Part shown: positions 1 through 13,554 of the stretch, piece after piece | How the letters are laid out: every line of letters starts with the position of its first letter | Position numbering within the stretch: position 1 is the stretch's first letter | DNA from: Ginglymostoma cirratum | Taxonomy: Eukaryota | Direction of reading: 5' to 3' | NCBI GenBank assembly: GCA_024137785.1 | Contig: JAHRHZ010000040.1 | Coordinates: 3,388,237 to 3,452,236, forward strand | DNA: 64,000 nt | The notes under the pieces: model-generated | The model's database searches: none | What the model was told of the DNA's origin: nothing | What the model saw: only the letters and a program-made list of their open reading frames with translations | Program-made: the position numbers and the translations under genes

Positions 1-4
1 ATAA

Positions 5-211
5 AGAGATAAAAGGTACTGCAGATGCTGGAGAATCCGAGATAACAAGCATGGGGCTGGATGAACACAGCAGGTCAAGCAGCATCATAGGAGCAGGAAA
101 ACTTGATGTTTCGGGCCTAAACCCTTCATCAGAAATGCATTTCTGATGAAGGGTTTAGGCCTGAAACGTCAAGTTTTCCTGCTGTGTTCATCCAGCCCCA
201 TGCTTGTTATC
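5..211. mobile_element. Palindromic Penelope-like pLTR element, subfamily A, with hammerhead-like cores at 143-170 (+) and 105-132 (-)
   Basis: Inverted arms centred on ATGCAT (135-140); right arm has a deletion between CCTGCT microhomologies; core CTGATGA-A-GGGTTTAGGCCT-GAAACGTC. Confidence 0.8.
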
Positions 212-214
212 GCG

Positions 215-620
215 TAGAATGAGTGGGTTGTCTTATGAAGGAAACTTGGACAGGATAGGCTTGTATCTGCTGGAGTTAGGAAGTGTAAAAGACTACTTGA
301 TTGAAACATAGACAGTCCTGTGGAATCTTCATAGGTTGCACGTGGAAAGAACGTAGAGCTAGGAGTCATCATTTAAAACTGGTCACCCCTTTAAGACAGA
401 TAACAGGAGAGCCTTTTCTCTAATACTAGTCTTTGGAAATCTTCCATGAAAGGTTGTGGCAGCAGAGTCTTTGGTTTTAAGCCAGATCTTGATTCTTGAT
501 AAACAGGAAAGTGAAAGGTTGCCCTGAGTAGATGGGATGGGAGTAATCAAATGAGCCATGTTATTCAAATAGGGAAGCACGTTCAGGGAACCAAGTGACC
601 TATTCTGCTTTTAACTTGTT
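215..620 (+). mobile_element. Decayed CR1-type LINE 3' fragment
   Basis: gggttgtcttatgaaggaaacttggacaggataggcttg...; CR1 ORF2 C-terminus and 3' UTR pattern. Confidence 0.6.
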
Positions 621-3429
621 TTTGGGGCAGTGTTAATATGATTTTGGGAAAGGGAAGTCATGTTTTATTTGAGGAAGTAACCAGCAGCTTTGAAAAAGGG
701 AACCTGTAGATAAGGTGTGTATGGACTTCCAAAAGGCATTTGATGGAATTATGAAACGATTATGCCAAAAAGTAGCCGCTTGGCCCATTGTGCCTGCACC
801 AGTGGAAAAACAAATCATTCACCAAGCTCTACTTACTAGTATTTGGCTCATAGCCTTACAGGTTATGGCACTTGAGGTGCATATTCAGACACATTCAAAT
901 GAGTTGAGGATTTCTACATCTAACCTTTTTTCAGGTAATGAGTTCAATATCGCAGCAACTCTTTGTGTAAAAGTTTTCCTTGTCTCCCCTCCAATCTTTT
1001 TACTACTGTCTTTAAATCTTAGCCTTATAGCCCCTTCCCACAACTCTATCCAGGTACCTTTTGTAATGTTATTTTCCAATCAAATCTCCCCTCAATCTCC
1101 ACTGTTCCAAGGTGAACAATCCCAGACCGTCTTATCTTTTCCTCATAGTTGCAATTTCTAGTCCTGGTGGCTTCCTCATAAATGTCATCAGTACCCTGTA
1201 GTGTAATCAATCTTTATTGTAATGGTATGGCTAGACTTGTGTCCATTACTCAAGTTGTGGCCTAACTAATGATTTGTGTAATTCCAACATGATGTCTGAT
1301 AATAAATGAATAGGTTGCACATGCTGCTGTAAGCAGCCTCTGCCAAAGATCTGTGGACATTCACGCCAAGGACCCTTACTACTTGTACACCTCTGGGTGT
1401 TGTTTTAAGTTTAGTTTATTTTGCTTTCCTCCCAACATAGACAATTCACTTCTCCAGTCGAATTCTGTTTACTGCTTTTCTGCTGACGTGACAAGCTCAT
1501 TTGATATCATCTTGCAGTCTGCTGCTATATTCCTCACTAACAACTATACAGCCAATTTCATGTCCAGACTTCTAGATTATGCATCTTTCTCTTTAGATCC
1601 AAATTGTTAATACATACTGCAAAAAAGTTAGGGGCGTAATATTGAGCTTTGCAGAATTCCTCTGAAATCAGCCTCTTACTTGCAATGATTCCTTAGGGTA
1701 ATTGTTAGTGGATATTAAGTTTTTTTTGTTTTTTTTTTGCGCTGGCAGGCTATACCACAGAGTCAGTCTATAATATTTGCAATCTGTATCAGTGTCTTGG
1801 ATTGAGGGACTAAAAAGTTTGGTTGCTAAATTAGCATGAAGAAAGATAGAGTAGTTGTGGCAAGGATATAAAATGACGACAAGGGGATAGAGAAGCAAGA
1901 GCTCTAGTTGCAAAAATGTAAATTTGCATGCTTGACTACAGAGATTAGGGACAATCCATGTATAAACAGCTCAAATTCTGAAAAATACAGATGAGAATAA
2001 TACAGAGAGCAATACAAAGAGTAGCAAAGGATGACAAAATACTAGGAGCTTAATAAAAAGGAGCAAGGAAAGAAGAGATCTCAAGATTAATGATTTCCTA
2101 TTATGTTAGGAAAATGGTTGTTAAGAAGAGATGATGGCACTTGGGAACAGGTATTGGTGAGTGGAATGTAAATGAAGAAATGATGAGCGTGTTTAATAAT
2201 TATTTTGTTTATATTAACTAATAGCCTGAGAAAACACACATTAAATCGGTGACAAGAAATTCAACAAAATGTGAGCAAAGTCACTGACAAATAGCACATC
2301 TTCATGGTCGGATTATTTTCATCCCTGATTTTCAAGGAGTGAGATATTGACAAAGCTTTTTGTTGTATGCTAATCAAAACAAGCGGAAGAATGTGGCATT
2401 TCTGTTAATCATAGTGATTTATATAATAGAAAATGGTGCTGATCGGATGGCAAATGAAGTGGAGAAAGCAAAAGAGACCATTATAGACACCCCCAATTTC
2501 TTCGGTAATTCGAAAAAGATGCAAAACATATTACTTTTTCTATACCGACAATGGGCTGTTGCATAGGAAAGTATGTTGCTTCTAGCAAGCAAAAATGAAC
2601 CATTTCACCAGCCTGATTTGATTATTTTAAGCTGGTACCTTGTGTTATTTTAGTACACTCTCAATTGTTCAGAACATGGCCAATTGTGAGAATGTTAGCT
2701 TTCGCTTGCTGTCTCTGAAATCTTACATATCTTGAAGAACTTGGTGGGTTTTTTTCTTCCTTCATTCATTCACAAGATGAGGGCATTTATTGCCTGTACC
2801 ATATTGCACAGAGGGCAGTTCAGAGTCAGTATTGTGTTTCTTCTGTCGAGCTTAATGTTGGCCATGCAGTATTTTATTATCATTAATGTTTGTTTTTATT
2901 GTACGTTGCTGGTTTGAGATTGAACTGACTGACCAGATATTTTATATTCAGGCTTATTCCTTTTCTAAATACCTATGATTATTGTAAACTTTTCTGGTAG
3001 TGAGAGAATATAATTGAGTGCCCAATGTTCTAATTCACAGTCATGGCAGAGAGGAGTCGAACAAATGCTTTCTCCTGTGAAAGCAAATTGAAACAACCTG
3101 TACTATTTTTGTGTGTCATTTGGGACTTGGTTGTGTAGTGCATTAATCTAGAAGGTACCCATCCAGGCAGATTGAACAGTGGGTAGTGGGGAGAAGATCT
3201 AGACAGTGAAAAATTATTATTACTTTTGTACTGTAACTGATTTGTTTCAAGACTTCAGCATAAAGCCTGCATCTGAGTTATGGTAATGACACTGTATATT
3301 GTAAATTAATTTGAGAGAACAAATTAAAATTGAATGAAAAGACAATAACATTGATAATCTGGGAAGACAGACCTACATTTTTAAAAATGTATCTGTTCAA
3401 GAAAGGCTGATTTTCACTTGCTCTGATGA

Positions 3430-4480
3430 ATGACAGAATTGTTATACTGGAGAAGATCACCATTCAGCCCACTGTTTGCATGGCTCCGGAGCATTTTAAC
3501 TTGGTACCAATCTCCTGCCTTTTCCTCCAAATATCTTCACTTTATTACTAATTAAACAAATAATAGTCCCAATATTCTCTTGAATGCCGAGGTTGAAGCT
3601 GCCTCCATCACACTGCCAGGCAATGCATTCATATCCTAACTACTTGCCATGAAAAGATCCTCGCGCACCCCACTCGCCTCGCGCACCCCACTCGCCTCGC
3701 GCACCNNNNNNNNNNCTCGCCTCGCGCACCCCACTCGCCTCGCGCACCCCACTCGCCTCGCGATACATTTGCAAGTGAAAATATTTATTCCCAGTCACTC
3801 TGCAGACCACTTGAGATTTGACAGAAGCATTGAAAATCTCCTCTTAGCCTGTCCCTATCCACAGAAAACAATCCCAAATTCCTCAAGCCGCCTTAGAACT
3901 GAAGTCTTCGTCCCTGGGACCATTCCCATAAATATCACTTTCACATCCTTTGAAGTGTGGTGCTCAAGCGTGTACATAATACTCCAACTTGGGTCGAACA
4001 AGTTTCATAAGTTCATCATCGCCTCCCTGCTTTTGTACTCTATGCACCTGTTCGTGAAGCTTAAAAAGCTCTGTGCTTCATTAACAGGTCTGTCTACTAT
4101 CTGTCACATTTAATGACTTGGGTAGATACACACACAGGTCTGTACTCCACACCTTTTTGAATTGTATCTTTTTCAATACTGTCTCCATTTTTTTTTTTGT
4201 ACAGAGGTGCATCGCATCTCCCTTTTCCACTTGAGCTTCATCTGTCATCTATTTACCCACTCCAACATGTCAGTGTCCTTTCTCCACTGTCCTCGTGGTT
4301 GACAAAACTCCCAAGTTCAACGTTGTCTGCAAATTAATTTTCCCACGCACACAAGATCTAGACCATTTTTTTAAACATTAGGAAAAGCAAGAGTCCCAGT
4401 ACTGACCTCTCTGTCCATTCACCAGATTTAGTGCCTACTTACCGTTACTGTTTCCTATTGCTTAGCCAAAGCCAATTTTA
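3430..4480 (-). mobile_element. Decayed CR1-type LINE fragment containing the 18-bp minisatellite
   Basis: Reverse-strand CR1 3' pattern (caccattcagccc..., tccatcacactgccaggcaatgcattc). Confidence 0.6.
3659..3762. repeat. 18-bp GC-rich minisatellite (CCTCGCGCACCCCACTCG)n with a 10-N gap
   Basis: About 5 identical visible units; N at 3706-3715. Confidence 0.95.
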
Positions 4481-4744
4481 TATTCTCAAAAAAGGAGTCA
4501 AAAAGCGGTTAGCATCAAGTGGTTTATAAACTTTGTAGAGCTGCAATTTTCTGCCTCGAAGCATGTCAGTGTAGTTCCTGTTTTACGAATACATTCGAAT
4601 AAAGAATTCTCTGCCATTTCTAAACTGTTTTTGCCTACAAGATCAAAAATGCCAGCATGACATTCTAGCAATAATTAATGCCTACTTTGAAGATATTTTT
4701 GAAAAAAATGTTTTCAAGCTTATTTCATTTTTATTTCCTTCTAG

Positions 4745-4772
4745 GACTTCTGGAGCACCACAGGGAAATATG
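4745..4772 (+). CDS. SNAP91: AP180 exon, 28 nt, phase 2-0, (x)TSGAPQGNM
   Basis: ttccttctag|GACTTCTGGAGCACC...AATATG|gtaatt; size and phase fit the human SGAPSPLSK exon as recalled; joins the next exon in frame. Confidence 0.8.
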
Positions 4773-5394
4773 GTAATTATTAAATTTCATTTTAATGAAG
4801 GTACAATATGGGATGTTTGGCTTTATTTGTCATTCGGTGATAAACTGTGCAATACATATATGGACTTTATGTTGGAGATAATTTGATTATCTAACCTGTA
4901 TATTTTACAAAAAACATTTGTTTGTTCCCGTCTATCGAGAGTTTCTGTTTTCTCCTAACACGTTGCTAGACCTGCAGAAACTCCTCAGCAATTTTTGTTT
5001 TTGTTTCAGGTCTCCAGAATCTGCAGTTCTTTGTTTTATTTAAGCAAATTATAAGAAATGGTTTTCCTGCCCATCCCAAAAAATGATCACACCTGTTGGG
5101 TTGGATTTTCACAAAATGGAGCTGCTGTGGGGGTGTGGAACTGTGGCTAGGACCCTATTATGGGTATCCTGACCCTATTCCCAAGGTTTCTTGCTGTCGG
5201 TGCTGCTTAGGCATAAGATTATAATGCATTATAGACTGTGAGCCCAGTCATTACTTAGCTTTGAAATGTCAGACTCCTGGGGAAGCATAATTTGCTTCAT
5301 ACTTCTAGTTTTCTGATACGTGCTTTTCATTGCTCAATTTTCACTAATAGGAGTATAACTTGCCCCAAGTTTGCCTTTGTTTCAGTGTATCTTC

Positions 5395-5920
5395 TAATCA
5401 ACCCATTTGAGATGTTATGATACACCTATGGAGCTGGTGGGTCTTGAACCCAGCACTTCTGGAGCAAAGGTAGAAACACTTGCTGCGCCACAAAAACCTT
5501 TGGGTCTGCTTTCTGTTTTAACAACAATTGTTGGTAGCTATAAACTAAGAGTGGCTTTTAATTCCAGATTTTATTACTTGATGTTTTATTCCACCAGCTG
5601 CAGTGGTAGGATTTGATCCCATGGCCCAGAGCAATAGCCTGGGCATCTACATTACTAGCCCAGTGCCATTTCCATTAAAGCAACATGGCCTTCTTGTGTC
5701 TGCATCCTGGATACACCACTGGGGCTAGTGGAATTTGAACCCGGGCCTCCTGGCTGAAAGGTAGGGACACTACCCTCGTGCCACAAGAAGACCCTGGGTT
5801 TCTTTTGTAGCTATTTTCTAATCAAGCTGTTCAGAGATGTTATTACATGCCTCTGGAGCAGGTGAGACTTGAACCTGGTGTTTCTGGACCTAAGGCTGGG
5901 ACACTACCACGGTGCCGCAA
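5395..5920 (-). mobile_element. Cluster of three tRNA-derived SINE heads
   Basis: About 5420-5495, 5710-5787 and 5845-5920; reverse complement TGGCRC(A/G)..GTAGTGTCCC..GGGTTCAA (A-box and B-box like). Confidence 0.65.
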
Positions 5921-6766
5921 TAATTTTGCTGGGTCCACTTTGTATTCTTTATCTGCAGAAATGCTAGGTTCTGTTTTGTATTTCTTCTATTGCCAGAAGA
6001 CCTATATCTCTCAACTGAGCGACCTTTCCCATAGTGAATTCCATCACCTTTTAAAGCTATTAACTGCCACCAGCAGTTACTCCTGTGGCGTATCAGGTAT
6101 TTATAAGTAAAATCCATTACGGGTGATGCAAGCCATCGAAAGTGACAGGGAGGTAGGGAAAGGGCTAAATCAAAATGGAGTTGGAGGAGGAAATAAAACC
6201 CTGTTCCTCACAGTGCTGACCCCTCTCTAAATGCATCAAAAGCATTGAGGGACACCATCTGCTCCTTCTGCAAGAACAAGTGGGCACAACGATAACTACG
6301 AAGAGGGCCAGACAGTCAGCAGTTATGACCCCCTGCACAGCCAGCTGCCTGGACCTGTTTATAGCCAACCTGGCCAGGATCAGACCCATGAGAGCCATCC
6401 AATCTGCTCATAGCCCTCCATACCAGATACTCACTGGGTCTACATCTATCAAAGATTTGAGGTGATGAGTTCCAGCTGGGCAGGCCATTATCTATTATCA
6501 AGGGAACTAGTGTTCAATGAGCTCTACAGGGATTTACTGTAGGCCTTGTAGGGTTATCGAAAGGAGAAAAAGTTTAAGTCCTTGCAGTTTTTTGTTATGG
6601 ATATTTGAAGATCCAAATGATTTTTTTTTTCAATTGCCTGTAGTGGAAGAAGTATTTTGAGGAAAGTGAAAGTTAAGAATTATATTTTGAAAATTTTGTC
6701 AACATCCTATTGTCACAAGAGGATTCATTTGTGCTATGCAGTCTGAATGGGCATAGATATGTTGCA

Positions 6767-7145
6767 ACTCCTGGTAAGAACTGCAGATGCTGGAGTCAGA
6801 GATAGCACTGTGGAGATGGAAGAACACAGGCCAGGCAGCATCAGCGGAGCAGGAAAGTTGAAGTTTCAGGTAGGGACTCTTTAGAAATGGGGTAGGGAAA
6901 GGTGACTCTGAAATAAATAGAGAGGGAGGAGGAGTGGGGCTGGGTAAGGTAGGTGGGATGGTGATAGGTGAGTGCAGGTAGGGAGTGGTGGAGATTGGTC
7001 AGTGAGGTGGGAGGGGCGGATAGTTGGAAGAGAAAATGGACAGATTGTGTCAGGTCAAGGAGGTGGGGATGAGAGGGGGAGGGTTGGTCATAACTTTCCT
7101 GCCCCTCTGCTGCCTGGCCTGTTGTGTTCCTCCACACTGCTATCT
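6767..7145 (-). mobile_element. Longer 5'-truncated Penelope-like 3' end with inverted terminal segment
   Basis: Same terminal family (aactgcagatgctggag...gaacacag), purine-rich stretch, inverted arm at about 7093-7145; flanked by ATAGA(T/A)ATGTTGCA at 6753-6766 and 7146-7159. Confidence 0.7.
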
Positions 7146-9726
7146 ATAGAAATGTTGCATTTTGGCATGGAAAGGATAGAGGCTGTGGCTGGTAATGGAG
7201 GGTATGAGATGGCACAGATGGGGCATTGGAGTGTGAATGGGTGTGAGAGCTAGAAGAATTCTTTAAGCCTCAACATCCGGCAGCCCTGAGGCTGTTTCCA
7301 AACTCTTCAGGTTTGACTAGCCTGTATGCAGCCCAAACCTACCCTTGTAATGAAGATTTAATCTGAAATTTACCGACATTCTCTGCCTGCCTCAAAGATG
7401 AAACTTTAGGTCATTGTATGAGTACCCATTCATAATGCTATCAATTTTATAAATATATTGTTGTAACTAACTAATTATTGTTAATGAATGTTCAGCTGCC
7501 TGTCTGTTAACCAGCCCTCTCTCTAAGCTAATATATTGCCCACAACTTCATAAACCTTTATCTTATCCAGATGTATTTGCTGCAGTTAAATGGCTTTTGA
7601 AAATCAAAGCACATCACATTTGCCAGTTCCCTTTTATCTACCCTACTATTCAAATCTTTCTTACAAAGAAAGTTGTCAAACAATTTGCCTTTCATAAAAT
7701 AATGTTTTGGTAACTTCTTGATAGTGGGTTCCAGCGTTTTCTTGATAAATTTTGTCAAGCTAACTGTCATGTTTTCACTTTTTTTTTGAGCAGTGAGTAT
7801 CATATATTTGCTAACTTGGAAACTGCTGTGACTGTTCTTGAAGCTAGGGAAGGTTGGGTGTCCTAAAAGTTGGTCTCTGTATCTCTAAGGCAGTGTATTT
7901 TAGACCTTTTTAACATCTGTCCTTTCCCATTCTCAGTGATAATTCCTCTTGTTTCTGCTTCTAATGAACTAACTTTCACTTTAGCTGCACTTCTATTTAT
8001 ATACTTGTAAATGCTCTTAAACTATCCAGGATAGAAAAGCAGAATTTAATACCATTTCATAATCTTTTTGATGTCCTTTTGATTTCTAAAGCACTCCAAG
8101 TCTTCATGTTTATTGTTAGTTTTTGTCACATTAAATTTCTTCTTTTAATCCAATATTTCCTTAATCTTACCCTCTTCAGTAAGCCACTGTTGGATCTTTA
8201 TTGCCAAGCTTTTGCTTTTTAATGGAATTTGTTTTATTATTTACATGTTTCCTGCTGTTTATTTCCCACCATACATTTTCAACCTTGGACAGGTCTCCGA
8301 TCGTACTTAGGCAGTTGGATTTATTTGAGATTCTTGTTTGAGACCAGAATGTCACTTCCAAATTCTGTATGGAATTCTGTTGTATCAGTTTACCGCATTG
8401 CATTTTTGCTATGGGAATGCAAGCTAGTCCTGTCTCATTGTACTGTACTGTACCGTACCATACCATATCTAAAATAGTACCACTCGGTTAGTTACATAGC
8501 ACATTGTTCCAGAAAACTGCTAGAAAAGCATGATACGAAGTCTGCTTCCATAATTCCTTTTGCCCTAGTGCAGGAGATTATCATAACCGTTACTATTATA
8601 ATTATCCATGCTGCTTCTGTTGCATGCTCCAATTATTTCTTGATACTTTTTCCAATATTGTAACTCTTGTGATGGGAGTAATTTATGGGCCTCAAGTGTT
8701 CTTCTGATCTTTGAATCTGAGTGAAGGAAATTAAAAATACCAATGTCCTAATATTCTGAGCAGAAATCCTTTTTCATTGTCTTTGTGTTACCCTTTCACT
8801 ATCAGGGCCTGATTCTGTTACCTTTCAGAAATGATGTATATCCAGGGAACAACAAAAGACTGCTGCAATAGGGATCTTAAGGTGCAAGAGTAAAAATCGC
8901 GTTCAAACAGGCCCATGTTATAGCTGACTTCTTAGACAATCAAATAATATTTAAATGCTTGTGGCCTCTTACCAGCTAAATGTATGATACAGGTACAGAA
9001 TCCAACTGATTTGTCACTTGAATTCATTCTGTTAAAACATGTACTGTTGCAAACAGTGTTATAATCCCTGCTGATCATATTGGAGAATTCAGAACAGAAA
9101 TCTAACTTGATAGATCACATTTTGCATTTTATTATTTAGCAAAGTGGTTTTTCTTTGACATGTAAGCATGTGATGCTGCAGATGTGGTTTTAACAATAAA
9201 CCAGAAGCTTATTCTGCAAACTAAGCAGTACATTAGAATAAACAAAACTATTTTACATATAACACCATTTGAAAGATTTTGCAACACGTAATCAAACCAG
9301 AATCCCATCTATGCCAATATGATTACTTTACTCAAATATCTGAGAGTTTGATTCTCTGTTACATCTGTAAGTTTAACTTGACCATGTCTCTTAATTCCCA
9401 GTCTTGAGAGTTTGGTAGTCTCTTCCTTTATTACTCAAGCACCAAGCTTGGACTTCCTCAACTTCGAATAACTCTTTCAGGGTTCTAACCAAACACTTTT
9501 TTTTTTAGTCTGGAGCTTTCAAACTCAAGTCCTTACACTGAGGTAATCTGTTCCTGAACAGTGTTAAAAATATTTCTTCAGGTGAAACTGTTTTACTCAC
9601 CTAATTTCCACCAGGTTGTCTACAAACCAGAAAAGTGAAGCTTTCCAAGCTGTAGGTTTCTATGCTAGGCAATTTTTAAATCCTGATTCTTTTAAACAAA
9701 AGCAAACTAATCCTTTTATTTGCACC

Positions 9727-9857
9727 AGAGATAAAAGGTACTGCAGATGCTGGAGAATCCGAGATAACAAGCATGGGGCTGGATGAACACAGCAGGTCAA
9801 GCAGCATCATAGGAGCAGGAAAACTTGACGTTTCGGGCCTAAACCCTTCATCAGAAA
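9727..9857 (-). mobile_element. Single-arm Penelope-like pLTR, subfamily A, intact hammerhead-like core on - strand (9827-9854)
   Basis: 130/131 identical to 5-135 by eye; reverse complement reads CTGATGAAGGGTTTAGGCCCGAAACGTC. Confidence 0.82.
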
Positions 9858-10735
9858 ATGATGTGTCTTTCCATTTGTAATTTAACTGCCTATCTTTTTG
9901 TAGAAGAAGGTTCAGCCAATTTAAGCTAGAATCCTTTCCCTTTTAATGTCTTTCAGCCTTTTCTGTAACTTCTAAAAAAACACAAAAAATCCTCTTCAAA
10001 ACCCTGTTTATGAGTCCGTGTTGCCATGCCTTAACTCTTTTTTTTCTCTTACTTTTGCTCAGTGTCTCGTTTAAGTCTTGTATGTCAAAGGCATTGAATA
10101 AATGCAGTTTTGTTGGTACAGTTTCTGTAGTGTTGGCAATTTCTTCTGAAATATATGCTGAAATATAGCAACCAGAACTGCCTGCAGTACTCTGGTATCT
10201 ATCCAGATCTAGTTTATGTAGCCTCAGAATATGTTCAGTAGACTTGCATTCTGTTTTCTAACTTTGTTCAGCATTTTAGCAACTTCAGTTATTTGTTATA
10301 ATAGCAAAAAGCCACTGTTGCTCTCTTCATTTACTGCTCGTACATTCATTTAAATTTGCAGTTGCTTAAACTTAACTATAACAAACACTAGTTCTAATTT
10401 ATGCCATTCAGAAATCAAGTTGTTACTTGCATTCTAGGAAATCCTTTTGTTGTTGTCCTTAAGAGCCCTCTCTTCTCGATTTAAGATACAATCTATACAA
10501 TGAAAAATACTCTCGTATCTCTTGTACATCTCAATAGCTATAATGTTCCTTAGGTAACCTGTCAAAACCATGTGTCTACACATCAGTACACTCAAAAATA
10601 TCTTGATCCCTGCTTGGATCCACAGTATTGTCCTGTGAAGCTGTTCTGAATACTCTAAGTTCTTCCTCTTGGCTTTCTTTGCCAATCTGACTATCCCAAT
10701 CGGCAGGAAAATTAATATCTAATTTCCTAAAGTGA

Positions 10736-12018
10736 TAGGAGAGGTCCTTTAATGAATACTTTTCAGTACTCACAACTGAGAGGGACCAGGTTGTAGAGGA
10801 GGACGTTGTGAAACAGGCAGGTAGACTAGAGGAAGTTGATGTTAGTAAAGATGTGCTAGGAATTCTGAGGAAGTTGAAGATAGATAAGTCCCCCGGGCCT
10901 GATGGGATTTATCCAAGGATTCTATGGGAAGCGAGGGACGAGATCACAGGGCCTTTGGCGATGATCTTTTCATCCTCACTGTCCACGGGTATCGTGCCGG
11001 AAGATTGGAAAGAGGCAAACGTCATTCCCTTGTTCAAAAAAGGGAACAGGGATAACCCCGGAAATTACAGACCAGTTAGTCTTACGTCAGTGGTGGGCAA
11101 ATTATTGGAAGGAGCTCTGAGAGACAGGAATTATGATCACTTGGAAAGGCACAGTTTGATTCATAGTCAACATGAATTTGTGAGGGGTAGATCATGCCTC
11201 ATAAACCTTATCGAATTCTTTGAAGAGGTGATCAAACACGTGGATGAAGGTAGAGCAGTCGATGTGGTATACATGGATTTAAGTAGGGTGTTTGATAAGG
11301 TTCCCCATGGTAGGCTAATGCAGAAGGTAAGGAAGCATGGGGTAGGGGGAAATGTGGCAGATTGGATTCAGAATTGGTTGACCCTTAGACAAAGGGTGGT
11401 AGTGGATGGAAAATACTCAACATGGTGCTCAGTTACGAGTGTTGTACCACAAGGATCTGTTCTGGGTCCTCTTCTATTTGTGATTTTTTCCAAAATGATT
11501 TGGATAAAGGAGTGGAAGGGTGGATCTAGTTCTAGTCAACATGTGGAAGCATTAGAAAAAGGTGCAGAAGAGATTTACCAGGATGTTGCCTGGAATGGAG
11601 GGAAGGTCTTACGTGGAAAGGTCGAGAGCGCTAGGGCTTTTCTCTTTAGAACGACGCAGGATGAGAGATGACTTCATAGAGGTGTACAAAATGATCAGAA
11701 GTATAGATAGAGTAGATAGCCAGAGACATTTTCCTAGGGTGGAGTTAGCTTTTATGAGGGGACATAGTTTTAAAGTGAAAGGATGTAGATATTTGGGAGA
11801 CGTCAGAGGTAGGCTCTTTATTCAGAGTGGTAGGGGCGTGGAATGCATTGCCAGGGAGGGTAGTGGAGTCGGCCTCATTAGGGGCACTTAAGCGGCTATT
11901 AGATATGCATATGGATGATAGTATAAGGTAGCTGTGGAGGGTAGATTGACCTTAGGTTTAGGGTAAACGTTCGGCGCAACATCGTGGGCCGAAGGGCCTG
12001 TACTGTTCTATGTTCTAT
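10736..12018 (+). mobile_element. Relatively young 5'-truncated CR1-type LINE (RT fragment and 3' tail)
   Basis: ORF 10808-11671: KSPGPDGIYPRIL, GNYRPVSLTSVVGK, VDVVYMD..FDKVPH, VPQGSVLGPLLF; deletion near 11523 removes the FADD region; tail ...gggcctgtactgttctatgttctat. Confidence 0.92.
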
Positions 12019-13554
12019 ATCATTCATGCTTAACATACTGTCTTGTATGCAGTTTATCTTCGGTTGTGCAAGCAAATTTTTATTATAAGCCTGGTAGATC
12101 TATGTTGAAGTACAAAACTTTGACTTAAGTTTGTTGATTTGGTTAGCTGTTATCACTCGCCCTCCGCGGATGTTACACTGCTACAGCAGACATTTTTCCA
12201 TCCTCAGTCATAGGTCAATGGCAATCTCCATTACTAACGTTATCTTTGCCTCTGGTGTTGATAATCAAAGAAATGAAATGTTCTTCTTGTGCCAATGGTA
12301 TCTCATCTTCTGTAATCAACTTCAAATCTGCTACAAATACTTGTTCTGCAGCCAGTTCTAACTGAAGCAAAAATGCTTTCAGTGAGCTGGAAAAGCTTAT
12401 ACACTTCATCTTATGTCAGTATTTGATTCTTTGCTGATTTGTCAGCTAGATGGTCTTCAGTGAGTCACTTCTATATTGTCATTGATTTTCTTGTCAAAAA
12501 ATATTTCTACTCGTTGCCCAACAGCAGTTCATTCCTGAACCAGGTGTTTTCTGGCTTCCCATCAAATAGACTTGGTATATGTTGGTTTCTGTTGACTTGT
12601 TAAATTGTCACTTGAACACCTTGTGCTACCCCCTTGTAGGATGTTGAGGTCAAGATTTGCATGCAAGTGTAAGTGAGAAGTGTTGATGTAAATCATGTAT
12701 GCATGCTCAATTTTGTGTTAATTGTAACATAGTTTTGATCCTGAGTGTTATGCCAGCTGGACCATGTAGTTGCATCTCAGTGGGCTGCTCTATTCCTTTT
12801 AGCTACAGTATTCCATCTGAAAGGACACTGACGCTGTCCCTTTATCTCAACCTCCAGAGTTGTGCATTTGGTTCATGCAGGAATCCCAATGCAACTGACT
12901 TAACAGGTTTGCCTGGGAAGTGGCATTTTCCTTGTGACAATAGTCTCCATCTATAACCCTTTAAACATTTCCTTTGAACCAACCAAAATCTTCTCTTGCT
13001 GAAACTTGAAAGTTCTTGGGCAGGGTGGGGGGAAGCTAAAGGATTAAAAACCAACTCTTAACTGTTGGGTAGCTAATAAATTGAATCCCAACTCTACTGA
13101 CCCTCCCCCTTCTACCCATTTCAACACTGGCAGTGGTCGTACGCCCACTTCTGTTATGCTTGCACACTTACTTTCTCTGTCTGTCTCGTGCTGTCATGTT
13201 CTGAGGACATCCTAGGATATGTCTGAAGTCCACGAGATCTTAGTGTTCTGTCTTATTCCCAATCAAGCAATTATAGCTTCATCAGATTGAGTGAAGGTCA
13301 GCGTTGTCTCCAACATTTCCCTTTCAGAACCATTGTCCTATGCACAGGTAATGGAGCTGAAATGCTTGGAAATTTTCCTCTCATTAAAATTACTCTATAA
13401 ACACTTGAGTTAATTTAAAGTATGGACAAATCTGACTCTTTGCAAATAATAATAATAAATTCTGAACTTGAACAATTATACTAGTTAGCATGCCAAGAAA
13501 CACATTTTACTACTTATTCCAAGAATGTTTTTCTCTGTACCTGTCTTCTTCTAG

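Noticed and set aside
715-1161. 148-aa ORF and other 60-150 aa ORFs in the track
   Set aside because: Chimeric read-through of decayed CR1 fragments (e.g. MDFQKAFD) or random frames, with no independent support.
3145-3160. Possible tiny exon ctag|AAG|gtaccc, sought as a counterpart of the short alternative peptide before SGAP in mammals
   Set aside because: Weak donor, no pyrimidine tract and no peptide match; not supportable.
6165-6520. GC-richer segment with overlapping short ORFs (similar cases at 20330-20800 and 59570-60400)
   Set aside because: No recognisable domain or splice-compatible frame; probably unclassified TE remnants.
10808-11891. Functional reverse transcriptase gene
   Set aside because: 5'-truncated and frameshifted, and the catalytic FADD region is deleted; a dead CR1 copy.
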